Shown one piece after another: positions 1 to 13,200 of a stretch of 64,000 nucleotides of DNA. Below the pieces are notes generated by a model. That model was not told the DNA's origin, did no database searches, and saw only the letters and a list, made by a program, of their open reading frames with translations. Where the stretch lies: positions 5,642,001 through 5,706,000 of the forward strand of contig CM119384.1 of NCBI GenBank assembly GCA_051294905.1, written 5' to 3'. Position 1 is the stretch's first letter. Every line of letters begins with the position of its first letter. A program made the translations under genes and the position numbers. The stretch comes from Botryllus schlosseri (taxonomy: Eukaryota).

Positions 1-147
1 GGGTTGTGTAATTTCAGTATTCGAAAGTACCATCTCTCATTACTCGACTCGAATCATTACAATTGACACTCGTTTCAGATTCGAATACTATATTCATTGT
101 GTCAAGCCCTATTCACAACTCACATAAATCACTATAATTCTGTTAAG

Positions 148-585
148 ACCTTGATAAGCACGGTTGCGTATGGCGGCAATCTGCTGATGAACATGGGACC
201 TTGTCACGACGGAACTCTCATGGGCATTTTCCAAGAACGACTTAAGCAAACCGGTGCGTGGATGAAAGTAAACGGAGAAGCAATCTACGGAACATCTCCG
301 TGGAAAAAGTCACAAAACGACACGGTGAACCCTTTCGTTTGGTACACTACGAAAGAAGCCTCTGTCTATGCACTATTTTTGGAATGGCCCGCGGACAATG
401 TCCTGGTCTTGGGTGCGCCGACACCTTCGAGCTCGGCCTCAAAAGTGACCATGCTCGGAGTACAGCAAAGCGTGGCATTTACCAAAGGAAAACCGTCGGG
501 AATCAAAGTCACGTTGCCCACTCTCAATATAAAGCAAATGCCCTGCCAATGGGCCTGGACCTTGAAGCTGGACGGATTTCAGTGA
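148..585 (+). CDS. FUCA: Alpha-L-fucosidase (GH29) paralog A, last coding exon; rest of gene is upstream of the window
   Basis: Acceptor tgttaag| at 147. Translation [52 protein letters not shown]...[11 protein letters not shown] is the typical FUCA1/2 C-terminus. The 438-nt length equals the last exon of paralog B (30102-30539). Confidence 0.95.
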   Translation, partial: TLISTVAYGGNLLMNMGPCHDGTLMGIFQERLKQTGAWMKVNGEAIYGTSPWKKSQNDTVNPFVWYTTKEASVYALFLEWPADNVLVLGAPTPSSSASKVTMLGVQQSVAFTKGKPSGIKVTLPTLNIKQMPCQWAWTLKLDGFQ

Positions 586-1707
586 TAATTATCGTTACCT
601 ATTTTGGTTATCGAGCAATCAAAGAATCGAATGAAATCTAATAAATCAAGCCTTCGGAGAACAACACGGATGCAGTTATGATAAACATCTCATACAACTA
701 GGCTGTGAATGAATACCGTGTTCATGATTTATCACAATGCTTCCCAACCTTTTTCAGTTCAGTTATTGCAAGTTTTATTGTGCCACCCACATTGAGATAC
801 GACTTGCCAAATGAAAAACAAATTAATGAGAAAAGAAACAACACACGATTACACAATAGACAACACACATGCAGTTTACTAGTAATGCAAGTTGAGGTTG
901 CATATTAGATATTATCACATCACGTCTGTATGCTTGATTGGCTTGATGTTACTCAGAAAATATCCAGAAAAACCAAAAACTGAGGTACACATATTTTCAA
1001 CCAACCGTCTGATGTAAGATCGTCATTGTTTCAAAAGTATGTACCTATGAAATTGATATCATATCAATAAAGAATATTGATGCCATTCCATAGCAACCAA
1101 AACAAGTCCTCCATGACATATTGAATAGAAAGTTGCAATATTAAGAAATGCTTCGTGGCCCACCTGGAATAGCTTCGCCAACCGGTTGGGAAGCACTGCT
1201 TTACAGCCATTCGTCACCCTTTCTTGATATGCAATAAATTTGATGGAACTGAAACATTTTCGGAATGGCAGAGCGTGCACGAAAGTAGCCTGGCAATGGA
1301 GAGTTTAAAACAGCATCCTCTCTTATTCAGCATTCAGCACAAGAGGAAGTCGGAAGCATGTTTTGAGTGAGATAGCACTGGATGGCAAAATTGCAAAGAA
1401 AGGTATGCTGCGTTTTTGCATATGTTCCATACAATTACTCAGCGGCATTGACTGGCACATGGGGTCAGGGATGGTCAAAGAAGTCAACGTTGGTACTCTT
1501 GTAAAATCGAAATAATATTGAAGATTTCTGTTCAATTATAAGTATAAGTTTATGATTTCCAATAAATGTCAAAATTACTTCCAAGTGGAGGTTGAAAATC
1601 AAGGTCTGAAAGTTGGCTATACAAGTAATTACCCTAAAAAGTAGATTTGTTCGAAGAGTCGCAAACTTCAAATTTATATGTGGACATGACTACTGCTCAA
1701 TAAAAAA

Positions 1708-1728
1708 TCTCTCTCTCTCTCTCTCTCT
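1708..1728. repeat. (TC)n microsatellite
   Basis: About 10 TC units read directly from the sequence. Confidence 0.9.
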
Positions 1729-1802
1729 TTCAGAATTGTAGGGTAAATACTGGTGACCACAGTAAAATGATTACTATTGGCACTAAAAATAGGTGTAAAA
1801 AT

Positions 1803-2632
1803 CAGGGTTGTAATGACTCGAGTCACGATTTTTTGATGACTCGACTTGACTCGAGTCATTTTTTCAAAATACGGAAATGACTTGACTCGACTCGAGTCAA
1901 TCTTTGTACTGACTCGACTTGCACTCGAGTCATTGCGCATGACTCGAACCAAGTCATTGACTCGAGACTCAGACGGCCAAGACCGACATTTCATTGTAAT
2001 TCCGAAGCCAACACACTATTAGGATTTCGTCTGTTGAATATGCGACCAGAAAATGCTAAAAGTGAGGAAAATTGGTATATTATAAATGCGAAACATCCGA
2101 TATCACCAAACAGAGTTATAAAAAGTGAGTTTACCAAGACTTTAACTGGAAACTGAGCAGTCTATACAATGACTTGGACTCGGACTCGAGTCATAATTCC
2201 ATGACTCGGACTCGACCCTCTGCTCGCTGACTTGGACTCGGACTTGACTCTGTGGTGAATTGAAATGACTCGACTTGACTCGAGTCAAAACTATAAAAGT
2301 GAGATTGACTTGTGACTCGGCGCCTTGTGACTTGGTTACAACCCTGGGTCCTGGTACTTGAAAATTCGATCAGAAAGTGTTAATAAATGCAGACCATCCG
2401 ATATCATCAAACAGAGTTGTAAAAGTGGGTTTAACGCGACGTTAACTGCAAACTGAGCAGTCAACACAATGACTTGGACTCGGACTCGAGTCATAATACC
2501 ATGACTCGGACTCGATCCTCTGCTTGATGACTTGAACTCGGACTTGACTCGGCGGTAAATTGAAAATGACTCGACTTGACTCGAGTCAAAACTAGAAAAG
2601 TGAGATTGACTTGTGACTTGGTTACAACCCTG
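1803..2632 (+). mobile_element. hAT-type MITE (GACTCGAGTC family) with a tandemly duplicated right end
   Basis: Left terminal inverted repeat (TIR) cagggttgtaa at 1803. Right TIR ttacaaccctg ends at both 2346 and 2632. Perfect 8-bp TSD gtaaaaat at 1795-1802 and 2633-2640. Dense subterminal gactc/gagtc motifs. Confidence 0.92.
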
Positions 2633-2882
2633 GTAAAAATATATTCAGTTACTATGATAACGGAGCTATTTAGCTAATCGGTTTTGACAAATTCACTCCT
2701 AAGAGTAATGAAATACAAGTAATTTCTACTAAATCAATACAAGTCAGCCACCAATATTACCGGACCACAATCTGACATATCCAACTCGCCTACCGACACA
2801 TGCAGAATTCATTTTTGTCGCTTACTTTTATGGTATCCTTTCTTTATCCAGTATGTATGCCTCTTATATACATGCTATAGGC

Positions 2883-4399
2883 CAGAGGTCTCAAACACGC
2901 GGCCCTCGAGAACATTTTGTGCGGCCCGCGAAGGCATTTTTCTATTTCAACTGTTCGACAATATATTCTAGTGTCATATATCTTTTTGTAGATTTAGGAA
3001 CTTACAGTTCACTCTAAAACTACTACAAAAACCTGAAATCTAAACAAACTTCACTATCACATCACTTCCTAAAATCTACCATGCAGTGGAAGATCGCTAT
3101 TACGTCACATTTCAGGTTCATGATGACAAAGCATGAACCGTTGATGTTTCGTTACTGAAAATTGTGATTTTGTATGGTGCGACCTTTCGTCAAATTACTC
3201 GATTTTGAATTGACTGAGTGATAAACTAAAAATGACTCGAGTTGAGTAGGGTCGAACGTTAAAATCAGAGAAGGACTTGCCTCCCGGAATAGTGACTGGG
3301 CAATGGGGGAATAGTACTATATCAAAAGCCCGCAGCTTGCGTTGCGTAGGGTATATAGAATAGAGAAATCGAATCAGGTATGTATGGAAACCATTGGCAT
3401 TCTGTGGCCCCCGTGACGTATATTTGGTTACATCCTGGATGTTGTTTGCTCTCCCTGTCCATGTTATTATCAGTGACGAGTAAGGTAGTGGTACGCTCCA
3501 CAGCTGTAACACCAGTGGATTCTTCGGCGGATAGTCATTTCTATTCCAGGGGTTCTTAACCAGGGGTCCGTATCCCCTTCGTGGTACAAAGCACCACATC
3601 AGGGGGTACCAGATGCATTGTGGAAATTGGCCTATATGCTGTGGAATATTTTCTGGGCCAATTTATTCAACTGGAAAATATTGTTTGCGCTACGCGCGAT
3701 TTTATGTGAATGGGCTTTCTGATTTTTATAGGTCCCATCAGAAATTGTGTTGAAAATCGACAGGGGTCACTGGAAATCTAATTGAAAGTACAAGGGGTAC
3801 GATCGCTAAAACGGTTAAGAAACAATGCTATTACTATGGAGCAATAATGATTATATTTCAGTTGTTATTAATCTGTTCCAATATTAATCGAAGAAAACCT
3901 AACGCTGATTTAATTTGACTTTGGCAATGACAGTAACAATAGCCTATACTTATCACGTGTATATCAGAAACCCCGATTAGGCTACACCGCTCACAAGCTC
4001 TGATATCAGATCAATCTTTAGTGAATTCTAAAATATTCTACATAAAATTGTGGCATTTCAAAGGTCCAATAGCTGCAATATTACAACCCAACAGCTTTTA
4101 CGATATCATCATGCATCTTCCCGTATGATGTCTAAACTCATTATTTCTAACAAATTATGCCCGACACAAAAACTATTTTATTCAAATATTTAAAAATGTG
4201 ATTTGTTTGCGAAGCGTGAATAGTATAATAGTAAATTACATTTTTTCGGTGGTTGTGAAATGCCTGTCTGCAAGGTGCCATTAAATAAGGCCTAGTTGGA
4301 TATTATAGATTGAATACCCCTATTCAGTGATTCTGCGGCCCGCGGGTCATCACAAATTAGGAAATTGGCCCACGAGCACATTTGAGTTTGAGACCTCTG
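2883..4399. mobile_element. Non-autonomous hAT (Charlie-like) element
   Basis: TIRs cagaggtctcaaac / gtttgagacctctg with subterminal gcggcccgcg motifs. Perfect 8-bp TSD ctataggc at 2875-2882 and 4400-4407. Confidence 0.9.
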
Positions 4400-4716
4400 C
4401 TATAGGCCAAGGTGGGTGTCTGATTACAAGACCACTGCAAGTCGTTTCGGCACCACTTTCTACCGACAAATTCCAAAATATTAAAAATAAATGTTTTGCT
4501 TGATAAAACCGACAAGTAAGACTGGAAGTACTCCAAAGACATAACCAATTAAATTCAATTTATTACTAACAATTGCATCATTTCATTACACCACAAGACT
4601 GCGATGCAATGAAAGTACGCAAAACCTACTTGTGTAGTTTATTCCACAAAATTAGAGGTACTTTGTTACTGACCAACTCTGGGATCTCAACTCATAGGAT
4701 GCCAACAACTTCTTAC

Positions 4717-6560
4717 CTCAAAACAATTGTGATAGAAAATTCAAAAACCCTGTCCAAGCTGGTAAGTACATTGAAGCTTTTCCAACAGTCCACATAATCT
4801 TCTGCAACTGCTTTTGGCGCAAAGTTTTCTCAGGTGTGATATCCTGAAAGTAGAATACCCATGCATAATATTGATGCCCAATCAAATATACTGCACATAT
4901 CATTCTACATTCTTACCTAGATCGAGCGGGTGTGTGTGGCTTCTATGTCATTGAGAAGATAGCCTACATATCAAGAGTATTCTTGGTGTTGACTTATGAT
5001 GTTTACACAATCCAGGTGGTATCCAGCAGCAACTACGAAATCGATAATATTTTTGTGCTGAAATATAGTCAGGTTATTTTTGCTCCGATGAATTTGTATT
5101 AGGGAGAACCCCGTGCCAAGACTTCCAAATAATGAAGTCGATCTGACTTGCAGCTTATTAAACTGCAAATAAGTCTACTTTGAATTCAGTCAGGTTTTTG
5201 TATTGATTGCAATCATGAAAGCAACACAGATATACATGTGTACTTGTAAAACTATTATTTGTTCGATGAGTCTGCATCAGTGAATGTGTATAGATCTATA
5301 TTTATTTCGGTGTTTTTGAAAGGATGAAATTCCTAACAATAAACTGAATTGAATCGATGCAGCTATTTAAGATTCCGTGGTGAAAATTATCCCAGAAAGC
5401 GACTACTGAAACCACTGCTCTCGGGAAATAAAACTGACAGCCACGTGAATTTCATATTTTAGGCACTTGGTATCAGTTTTTTTTTCATTTCCAAAAATTT
5501 TCAAATTGTGTATTAGTGAACCTAAAGCCACAGTAATGATATATCAAACAAATGATATTTATACTTCAACATTATCGTCAGTTGCTCTGGAATGAGACAG
5601 ACGTTTTACACAATGGGCCCTTCATCCGATTAGTGCCTAAAACTAGTACACATTTTACTTCATTGATTCGTCGAGTTGTTATTCGACCAATTTATTTACG
5701 GAAGTTGGGTCTGTACTCATCGTGGCAGGAACGCATAAGATCTAACACGACCTACGGCTCTGCTGTTTGGAATTACTTTGCAAAGATTTACTCGTGAGGG
5801 TGTCTGCTTCCAAAGAGGGTGTTCTACAGGTTCTTAACTTGTTTTGACATAAATCAGTAGCTTTTTCGGCCGTTTTCAAAGGTCATTCTTTCCACAACTA
5901 CCTTTCCAATAGTCCAGATGACAAAATCTAAAAAAAATGTAAGGAACAATCAAACAACTGTGCAATGCAGTGTTACCCTCACAATTACTTTGAAACTAAC
6001 CTCACCCTCAACATCACAAGTCATTTTTTACTGTAAAGAGAGGCGATAAAGTGGTTGGATAAGATCAAAATAAAATCTAAAAATCAAGTGGTTGAATGTG
6101 GGACAATCATCAAGATTAATGGGAGAGATTGATTGCAAATCAACAATCAGTCAGGGTCATTTCATAAAATTTATACAAACATGTTTTTGCTATACTATAT
6201 ACTTTCACGAGACTGTCCCTAACGACTATAAAAACTAGCATGCCACAGATTGCCGACCCTTGGTTTAGCGGCACATGAAGAAGGTAGCTTACCATTGGAC
6301 TTTCAATATGGCAAGGAATATATTAATAACAGTTGTCAGGATGATTTCAGATATAAAAGAATCATGCATATCATAACCAATATTGTATTTGCAAAATTTT
6401 GAAAAAGCAATTAGTAATGCTTGTGCCATGGTCAATGGTTTGATCATGCTATTGAGGAGATCATGTACCTTGTTGCAAGCTCTTCCTTTTAACTTGATCT
6501 CGAAACAGCCTCGGCTGTTGTATTGATCGCGCTTATTCAATTTTCCCAGACATTCACGCT
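4717..6560 (-). pseudogene. Decayed partial duplicate of central ELYS/AHCTF1 exons
   Basis: Minus strand ctgctggataccacctggattgtgtaaacatca...tatcttctcaatgac matches the functional exon 34007-34117 (ctgctggatacttattacctggattgtgtcgacatca...tatcttctcaacgat). aagattatg...tcacaattgttttgag|gtaag matches exon 33810-33914. 5380-5425 matches the AVQWF exon (~34700), and 6290-6350 matches the exon at ~35630-35785. Indels and stops are present. Confidence 0.75.
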
Positions 6561-7298
6561 GGTTAATAATATCCAAGCTTAGCTGTTACTGGAGGTCACA
6601 GCCAAGAGTTTTCGTTAAGTTGGATACTCCTGGCTGTGAATTGCAGTAAGTTGCATACACGGTCACACAAAACTCAGTCGACTACCGTAACCGAGTTGTG
6701 AAATTCAATTTTGTGTGTCGCAATTTACAATGTTAATACTTGGGTAGTAGTGTGACTACCAACTAGTCATAGTACATAACATACATATTATTCTGATTGA
6801 CATTCAGGACACAAAAAGGATCAAATTTTAGAGTGGCAAATACGAAGAAGCGCGAAGAGCCAAATTTCATCGGGGAAAGGACGATCAATCCACATCAGAA
6901 CCGGCAATGAAACCTTACATTGTAGTACTCTACTGCGCTACAGGCCCCAGAAGTATTTACCAGTCGGGATTTTACATAAAAGGCCCGCAGCATTAGCGTG
7001 GCACTAAGACAGATAGTAAAATGCACCTTAGAGTTGATTTTCTGACTCCTGCTAGGACATGAGTTAGTGAGCGCACCCACCGCAATCTAGACACGGTCTT
7101 CCTTTCGCGCGTTACAAAGTAACAAAAATCACTCACAAGACACAGAACGGCTGTTTCAATTACAATGTATTAAAGGAGCTGCGAAACAGATAACTTGGCA
7201 GTTACGAGGCGATTTCAAAATTCAGAACTGCACCGCGAGCGCGCGGATGGTGGCGAAAGAAAACGTCACGTCGACGACAAGTCGGGAGGTGCGAAGCG

Positions 7299-10200
7299 TC
7301 ATTTTTTCTGGTCTGTTTCAGAAATTCGGACTTTCCTTCTGGTGCGCGTCGTGTAGCTCGCGGACGACCTCGCCGTCATCGTGGGGGTCTGCAAAGCAGG
7401 AATGGTACGGATGTTAAAAAATAACCAAGGGTTTGTACCATTTACTTGTGCGGGAATAGCAGATTGAATACCCCATTCACCAAACTTCTAAAGGCACACG
7501 CCAGCCCAATCGTTTCTGCATCATGTTTTGATGATAAATAATACAGTAGTTACTAGAGACCAACCAATATCAGATTGTTGAGCCGATAGCGATAACCCCG
7601 ACATACTCAGCCGAAATTCAAATGATATGGTATGCAGCTTAAAGGCACAATTCCAGATCTGCATAACATTTATTTCAACAGCTTTACAGCCGTTGCTAAC
7701 TTTTAGTACAAATAAACTAAAAAGGCTGCATCATAGTTCTCTACCAGTGTTGGGATCAAGTCACTAGCTTTGAGTCACAAATCAATTCGAGTCATTGCAA
7801 ATTTTGACTCGAGTCAAGTCAAGTCGCTCGATTACGACGATTACCCCTGACGAGCGTGAGCCCAAAATATTCGGGTGATTTCAATATGGATATAGCATAG
7901 TTGTAATGACTCGAGTCATCACTCGACTCGACTTGACTCAAGTGGGTTGGACCGGATTGAACTGAAAACTGACCAGTGAGCATAATGACTTGGACTCGAA
8001 CTCGAGTCAAAAGACTATGACTCGGACTCGGCCTCTACTGACTCGGAATTGGACTTGACTCGGTGGTGAATTGAAAATGACTCGACTTGACTCGAGTCAA
8101 AACCATACAAGTGAGATTGACTTGTGACTCGGAACCTTACGACCTGGTTACAACCCTGGAATATATATCATCCAATTGTGTCTAGATTTAGTACAAAGTT
8201 ACCTGACGCCGTTTTTTAAACTTTGTGTTCTTCTCATCTTCTTCCCGTAGCGGAGACAGCTCGGAGAGTTGCGAGCTTTTTCTCAAAGGAGATTTTACTT
8301 TTGCTGACACGCTGCGACGGGTCGGTGTTTTCGGACGCGCCTCGGCGCTGGAATTGTCCTCGCTGCCAATCGCAGAAAGTGAGAGTCCGGTAATTTTCAA
8401 GTAATACTGAGTATAAGTAGTACTATAAGTAGTACCTTATAGAACGTTTAGACATCCTCGCCTTTTTGAACGGACTCGACAATGTGGCGGCTGGCAGCTC
8501 AGGTTCGCTAAATACCGCGGCCGTGTCATCCGCACGGTCCACTTTGGCCTGGAATGTAACGTAATTTCCGTAATGAAATGTGTGGAAACAGAATATTTAC
8601 GGAAATGGGAGAATTGTAAATATTAAAGCTGGGTGCCGGTAACACATACAATACATCTCCCTTCCGAAATCATTGCAAACCTTCAATCTCTTGCTGCTCC
8701 TTGTGGGCGTTCCGGGGGTTTTCCCAGAGCCTGGTGGACGACCCCTCCTCGGCGGAGTCTTTGCAATGGACTGCTGTACCTCAGGCGTGCTACTAAATAG
8801 AATGTGAATTTCAATTTTGACACAATGGAATTCGCTCGCTAGCCAAAAGACGGCAGATTCATGAGATTTCTCGATACATTTACTGAGAACGGGCCGCATA
8901 TGGTACCACAGAGACCACAGAATTAATTGTGAGACAAGTATAATAAGGTAAAATCCGCTACAAGCGACAGTACTTGTAGAATTGTTCGTGCGTAGTAACA
9001 CATGTACCAAAATATACCGGTGTATTGAATTCACTTGGCGTACTTAAATCCAGCAGTATCAAAATTCCTGTCGCACTGATCCTTTAGAAAGCCAAAGTAG
9101 GACTAGACAAGAGCACGAGAAAAATACGGAAATCGCTTTCACCTTGGTGGTCTGACAGGCGACCCCATAGACTTGTCGCTGTCGCGTTCTGACAACGCCA
9201 CTCTTCTCCTAAAAAAAAGACTGGTAGAATCTCGGATGAAACAGTTTCACGTTAAACCAGTGGTCGGCAAGCCCTGTTCTGCGGACATCAGTGCCGGTTC
9301 GGGAGTTTGTTACTGGTCTACGAAACGTTCTTACACTCTCGCAAGTCAAGCGAAGGTTCATAATTATAGCAGTCATTGTCACTGATAACAATTTTGAATC
9401 CACGACAGCCTGATGATTGCGGCGTTAAAGTTACTGTTAATACAACGACTCTACCAACGGGTGAAAATGTTGCCAGAATATGGCTGGTCTTACAAGCAAT
9501 TAAACCTTGTCGCCATTCGCAACAACCTGGTTATGCAAGTTTGAAATTAGGCCTACTGTATTAGCAGCAACGAAGACAAACTACACAACACATGGGACGC
9601 AAAGGATTCATGGCTGTCAAGTTCTATAGATTATATTGTTTGGTTGATTAAAAAAACGTTGCACACCAAATTTGCCTCAATTCCAACCTGTAGAAGCGAA
9701 GCTATCAAAGTTATAAAATTCAGAATGAATTTCTTTTTTCATATTCTATTGGCTGCGCGATGAAATTGAAATTTGTCTCAAAAAACGATGCACAACATAT
9801 TTGGCTCGATTTTAACCCGTAGAAGCGGCGATATGGGTGTGAACAACTTTAAATTTTGGGAAATTCTTCAATTATTGATATTATAGCCACCCACCGTAAA
9901 TACTATTTTTGTCAAATCCAAAACTTTCTACTCCAATAACTTCCCTTCTACCAGGTAAACAATTTTATCAAATAGCCAGTAAAATTGGAGAAAAACATTA
10001 TTTTTGAACAACCCTTGTCTACAGCTCTCGGGTATTGTCGCAACAATATAGGCCTTTCAATGCTAAACATTTGTGTCTTTCAAGATCCACCAAAAACCTG
10101 ATAAAATAGACGACTTACGGGGATCGTCGAGTGGGCGACACCTTTTCGCCGTCAAGATCAGAAGATCTCGTCTTCCGCCTAAAACGAGAGAACAAAAAAA

Positions 10201-13200
10201 GTTCTGGTAAATGTGGCTCGGCACCAGTATCGCACGAAACGTAATTCGCAATTTCTTGAAAGGAAACATCAAAATTTAATATCTAGGCCACAAGTCAGGA
10301 ATGTTAAACCGCACTGAAAATGATCCCGAATTTCACACTACTACTAATAGACACGTTCACGTTCCATGTTGGTGCCGGTGGGACCTGTGCAGAGGTGGTC
10401 TAACTAGGCATCGTTGTTACTCAAACAAAATTAGAAATAGCTCTGCAAATTTCTACTGAATTACAGCTACAATTAACAATACCAAAGACACTACATAATT
10501 ACTTTAAATGGAAGTTGAAAATGAAGATCTGAAACGTACCGAGGTCAGTTTTAGAAATTCGATTTGGACAATGGGTCGCAGACTTTAAAAAGTTAATTTG
10601 AGGTGGGCGCACCATCGCGACGAACACAAAATTATCAATGACACTATAAACAGGTGCAATTTTCGAATATACATTCAGTTCACCGTGATAAACGAGCTCT
10701 TTAGCCCTGTGGCCATGACAATTTTGCTCGTACAGCCGATGGAAACATATCATAAACCTACTTTCCACATTACAAAAGCCAAAGCGTGGTTTGCCCATAA
10801 ACTGTGAAGTAAAAGTCTAAGTTGTCAAATAATAAGTAGGAAAATTAGTACTTGAAAGCATGAGTACATTGTTGCTAACCAGCAGCTCTGGCACGGTGGC
10901 ATTTGCACTAACCTCGATCTGCTGTTGGCGGCCCCGGGCACCAGCAAATGCGTGCTTTTAGCAGACGAGTCTTCGACCGTTCCTTTATTTTTCCTTGCCG
11001 ACCTCGTTCTTGTCACTGGCGGCGAGAAAACGAATGCCGGTCCCGGTGTCGCTGGAATAACAAAGTAGTGTTACCAAGATACTTTTGGAGGCACAAATCT
11101 TAAATACTGGTAGGCAATTGAACATTGAATTCATTTCAAAAATCAATTCGCTACAATTTTGTAAGTGAAGATACTCTTTGGAGGTACAGAACTGCAACAT
11201 ACTATTAAATACTATATTCATATTGATATTTTATTTTATTTTATATTATATATTTTATATTTTATTTTCGGCTGAGACTCGTCAGAGGTAATCATCAGCA
11301 ACTAGTAGACAATTCAAAAGACAACAGTCGTGTCACCAAATATAACATGTCTAACATAAAACTTCAGACAATCGAGGCATAAAGGTAAAGTTGGTCTAGG
11401 ATCTAAAAATTCGATATAGAACTTGAGCAATCCGTTCCGTTGGATTAATCAAATTTTCATACCGGTGATCAGGGGCGTAGCCAGGGGGGGTGTTTTGGGT
11501 GTCCAAACACCCCCCTTTCCAAACTAGAATATCCCCCCTTTTTTAATCCCAAATCTAGAGGTATTATTTCATGCCATAATCACGCATTCGTAATTGATGC
11601 ACGGCGAGTGTTTTCACTGAACGATCGATGCCAATGTGCCCTTTTTCTCCGATTCTTCTCTCGTCTGTGATAACGAGAGTGCTTCAGGTGTCATGTTACA
11701 ATTACAGCACAGCGGGAGATCTCGCTATTTCGCTATAAATAAATTGGCGACTCGGCTTGCTATCTTGCCATGTTTTAATCAAATGCCGAATGCGGAATCT
11801 GTTTGATACATGAATGAATTTGATAACTCGGTTATGTGAGTAACGACTGCCCGCCTTTTAGTGCTATGGTATCTCTTGTCCTGCTTTCACACATTCAGCC
11901 AAGAATAAAAATAATCATAATCATAGAGGCATCGGAGGCGCAAAAAACTAGATATTTCAGCGATTAGCTATGTATTACTGTAAGTGTCCGATGTAATGTG
12001 GTAATAACGTGACGATATATAGTCCTGGATAATCCGCATTTGTCTCTTATGCATCGTAATCCAATTAAGGAATGGTTTTTCGATTACGAGCCTGAGCCTA
12101 AGCCTGGGCCTGAGACGGACTACTGATATCAACGATTGCATAGCACTTCCGCACACATTGGTTTTTACTCTTTACAATACTAACATAGAAAAATGCTACA
12201 TCAATTTAGCGAACGATATTATGTTGAATCTAAACTCGTGGTGCATAATTTGAATCAATCCGGATCCGCAGAAACGATCTGTGAACAATTCATAGCTAAG
12301 GTGAAGGTGTGATTGCGCGGATATTAAACCAATGACAATCAGGAGATGTGTTAGAGGCTAAGCAACGATTAGCAAGACGGGCAGTCGTTTCTCCAACAAC
12401 CGAACTAATTCATCGCCAATTTCATCAATAAATAAGAGATTCCGCTTTCTACATTATCATTTTTTTAATCTGTTATGATATCCGACTCGAGGTCGCGTTC
12501 TTATGTGAGCGCGAAACGGCAATATCTCTGGCTGTACTGCAACTTGATCACACTGCTCACTTTTAGTAATTGCGGGCAAGTTATGTCTGGTTCGGCTGCT
12601 ATGTCGGCTTACCAGTTGTGATGCTATATCGTAGTAATACAACTGCGTTATGTGGATGAGTTACGGGCCGAAACAAAAAAGAACGGAACGTCGGACAGAC
12701 GTTACATCAAACTGAACTGAATCATGTCACAAGTCATCACGATGTAACAGATTCCGACTGCATTGCATATATTAACATTCGTGAATCTGGTTATGGTACG
12801 TGTCAAGTCGAGTCCGCTACTTATCTGAATGCGAAATCATAAGATCTCCCGGTGCTGCGTTGATTGAAATATGATCTGCGCGCGCGTGTTGTCGATTTCG
12901 TAACTCGCTCTTAGTAATTAGAGGCGCGCCTACGAAGAGGCGTACTGTGGCTGCTATCGATCGTAGCGTACGACATCGGCGTTATATTTTAATATAACAG
13001 GGCTATGTATAAGCGTATGGAGTTGTTAACACGGGCGAGATTATCCTATTCTTGTAGTAGAAGCATCTGTGCATACAATTAGCCCGATAAATCGGGTAGA
13101 ATTCAGAACATCCTTTGTTGACGAAACACCCCCCTCTACTTTAGAACACCCCCCTTTATCCTCGGCTGGCTACGCCCCTGCCGGTGATGCATGATATATG

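Noticed and set aside
258-641. Overlapping alternative-frame ORF present in both FUCA paralogs (also 30155-30583)
   Set aside because: Shadow frame of a conserved coding exon. It diverges more than the FUCA frame, as expected when FUCA third positions vary.
1803-2632. Dense GACTCGAGTC/gacttgactc short repeats as a CRISPR-like array
   Set aside because: Spacing is irregular, there are no unique spacers, and the repeats sit between TIRs with a TSD. They are hAT subterminal motifs in eukaryotic DNA.
3547-3827. Nested MITE inside the 2883-4399 element
   Set aside because: The left end caggggttcttaacc is plausible, but the right TIR is degenerate and there is no TSD, so it is not listed separately.
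9500-10800. Dispersed repeat fragments (~120-bp period motif at 9655-9830; 10620-10720 similar to 36870-36960; 4410, 13290 and 36440 similar)
   Set aside because: Clearly repetitive, but ends and TSDs could not be defined, so no element call is supported.
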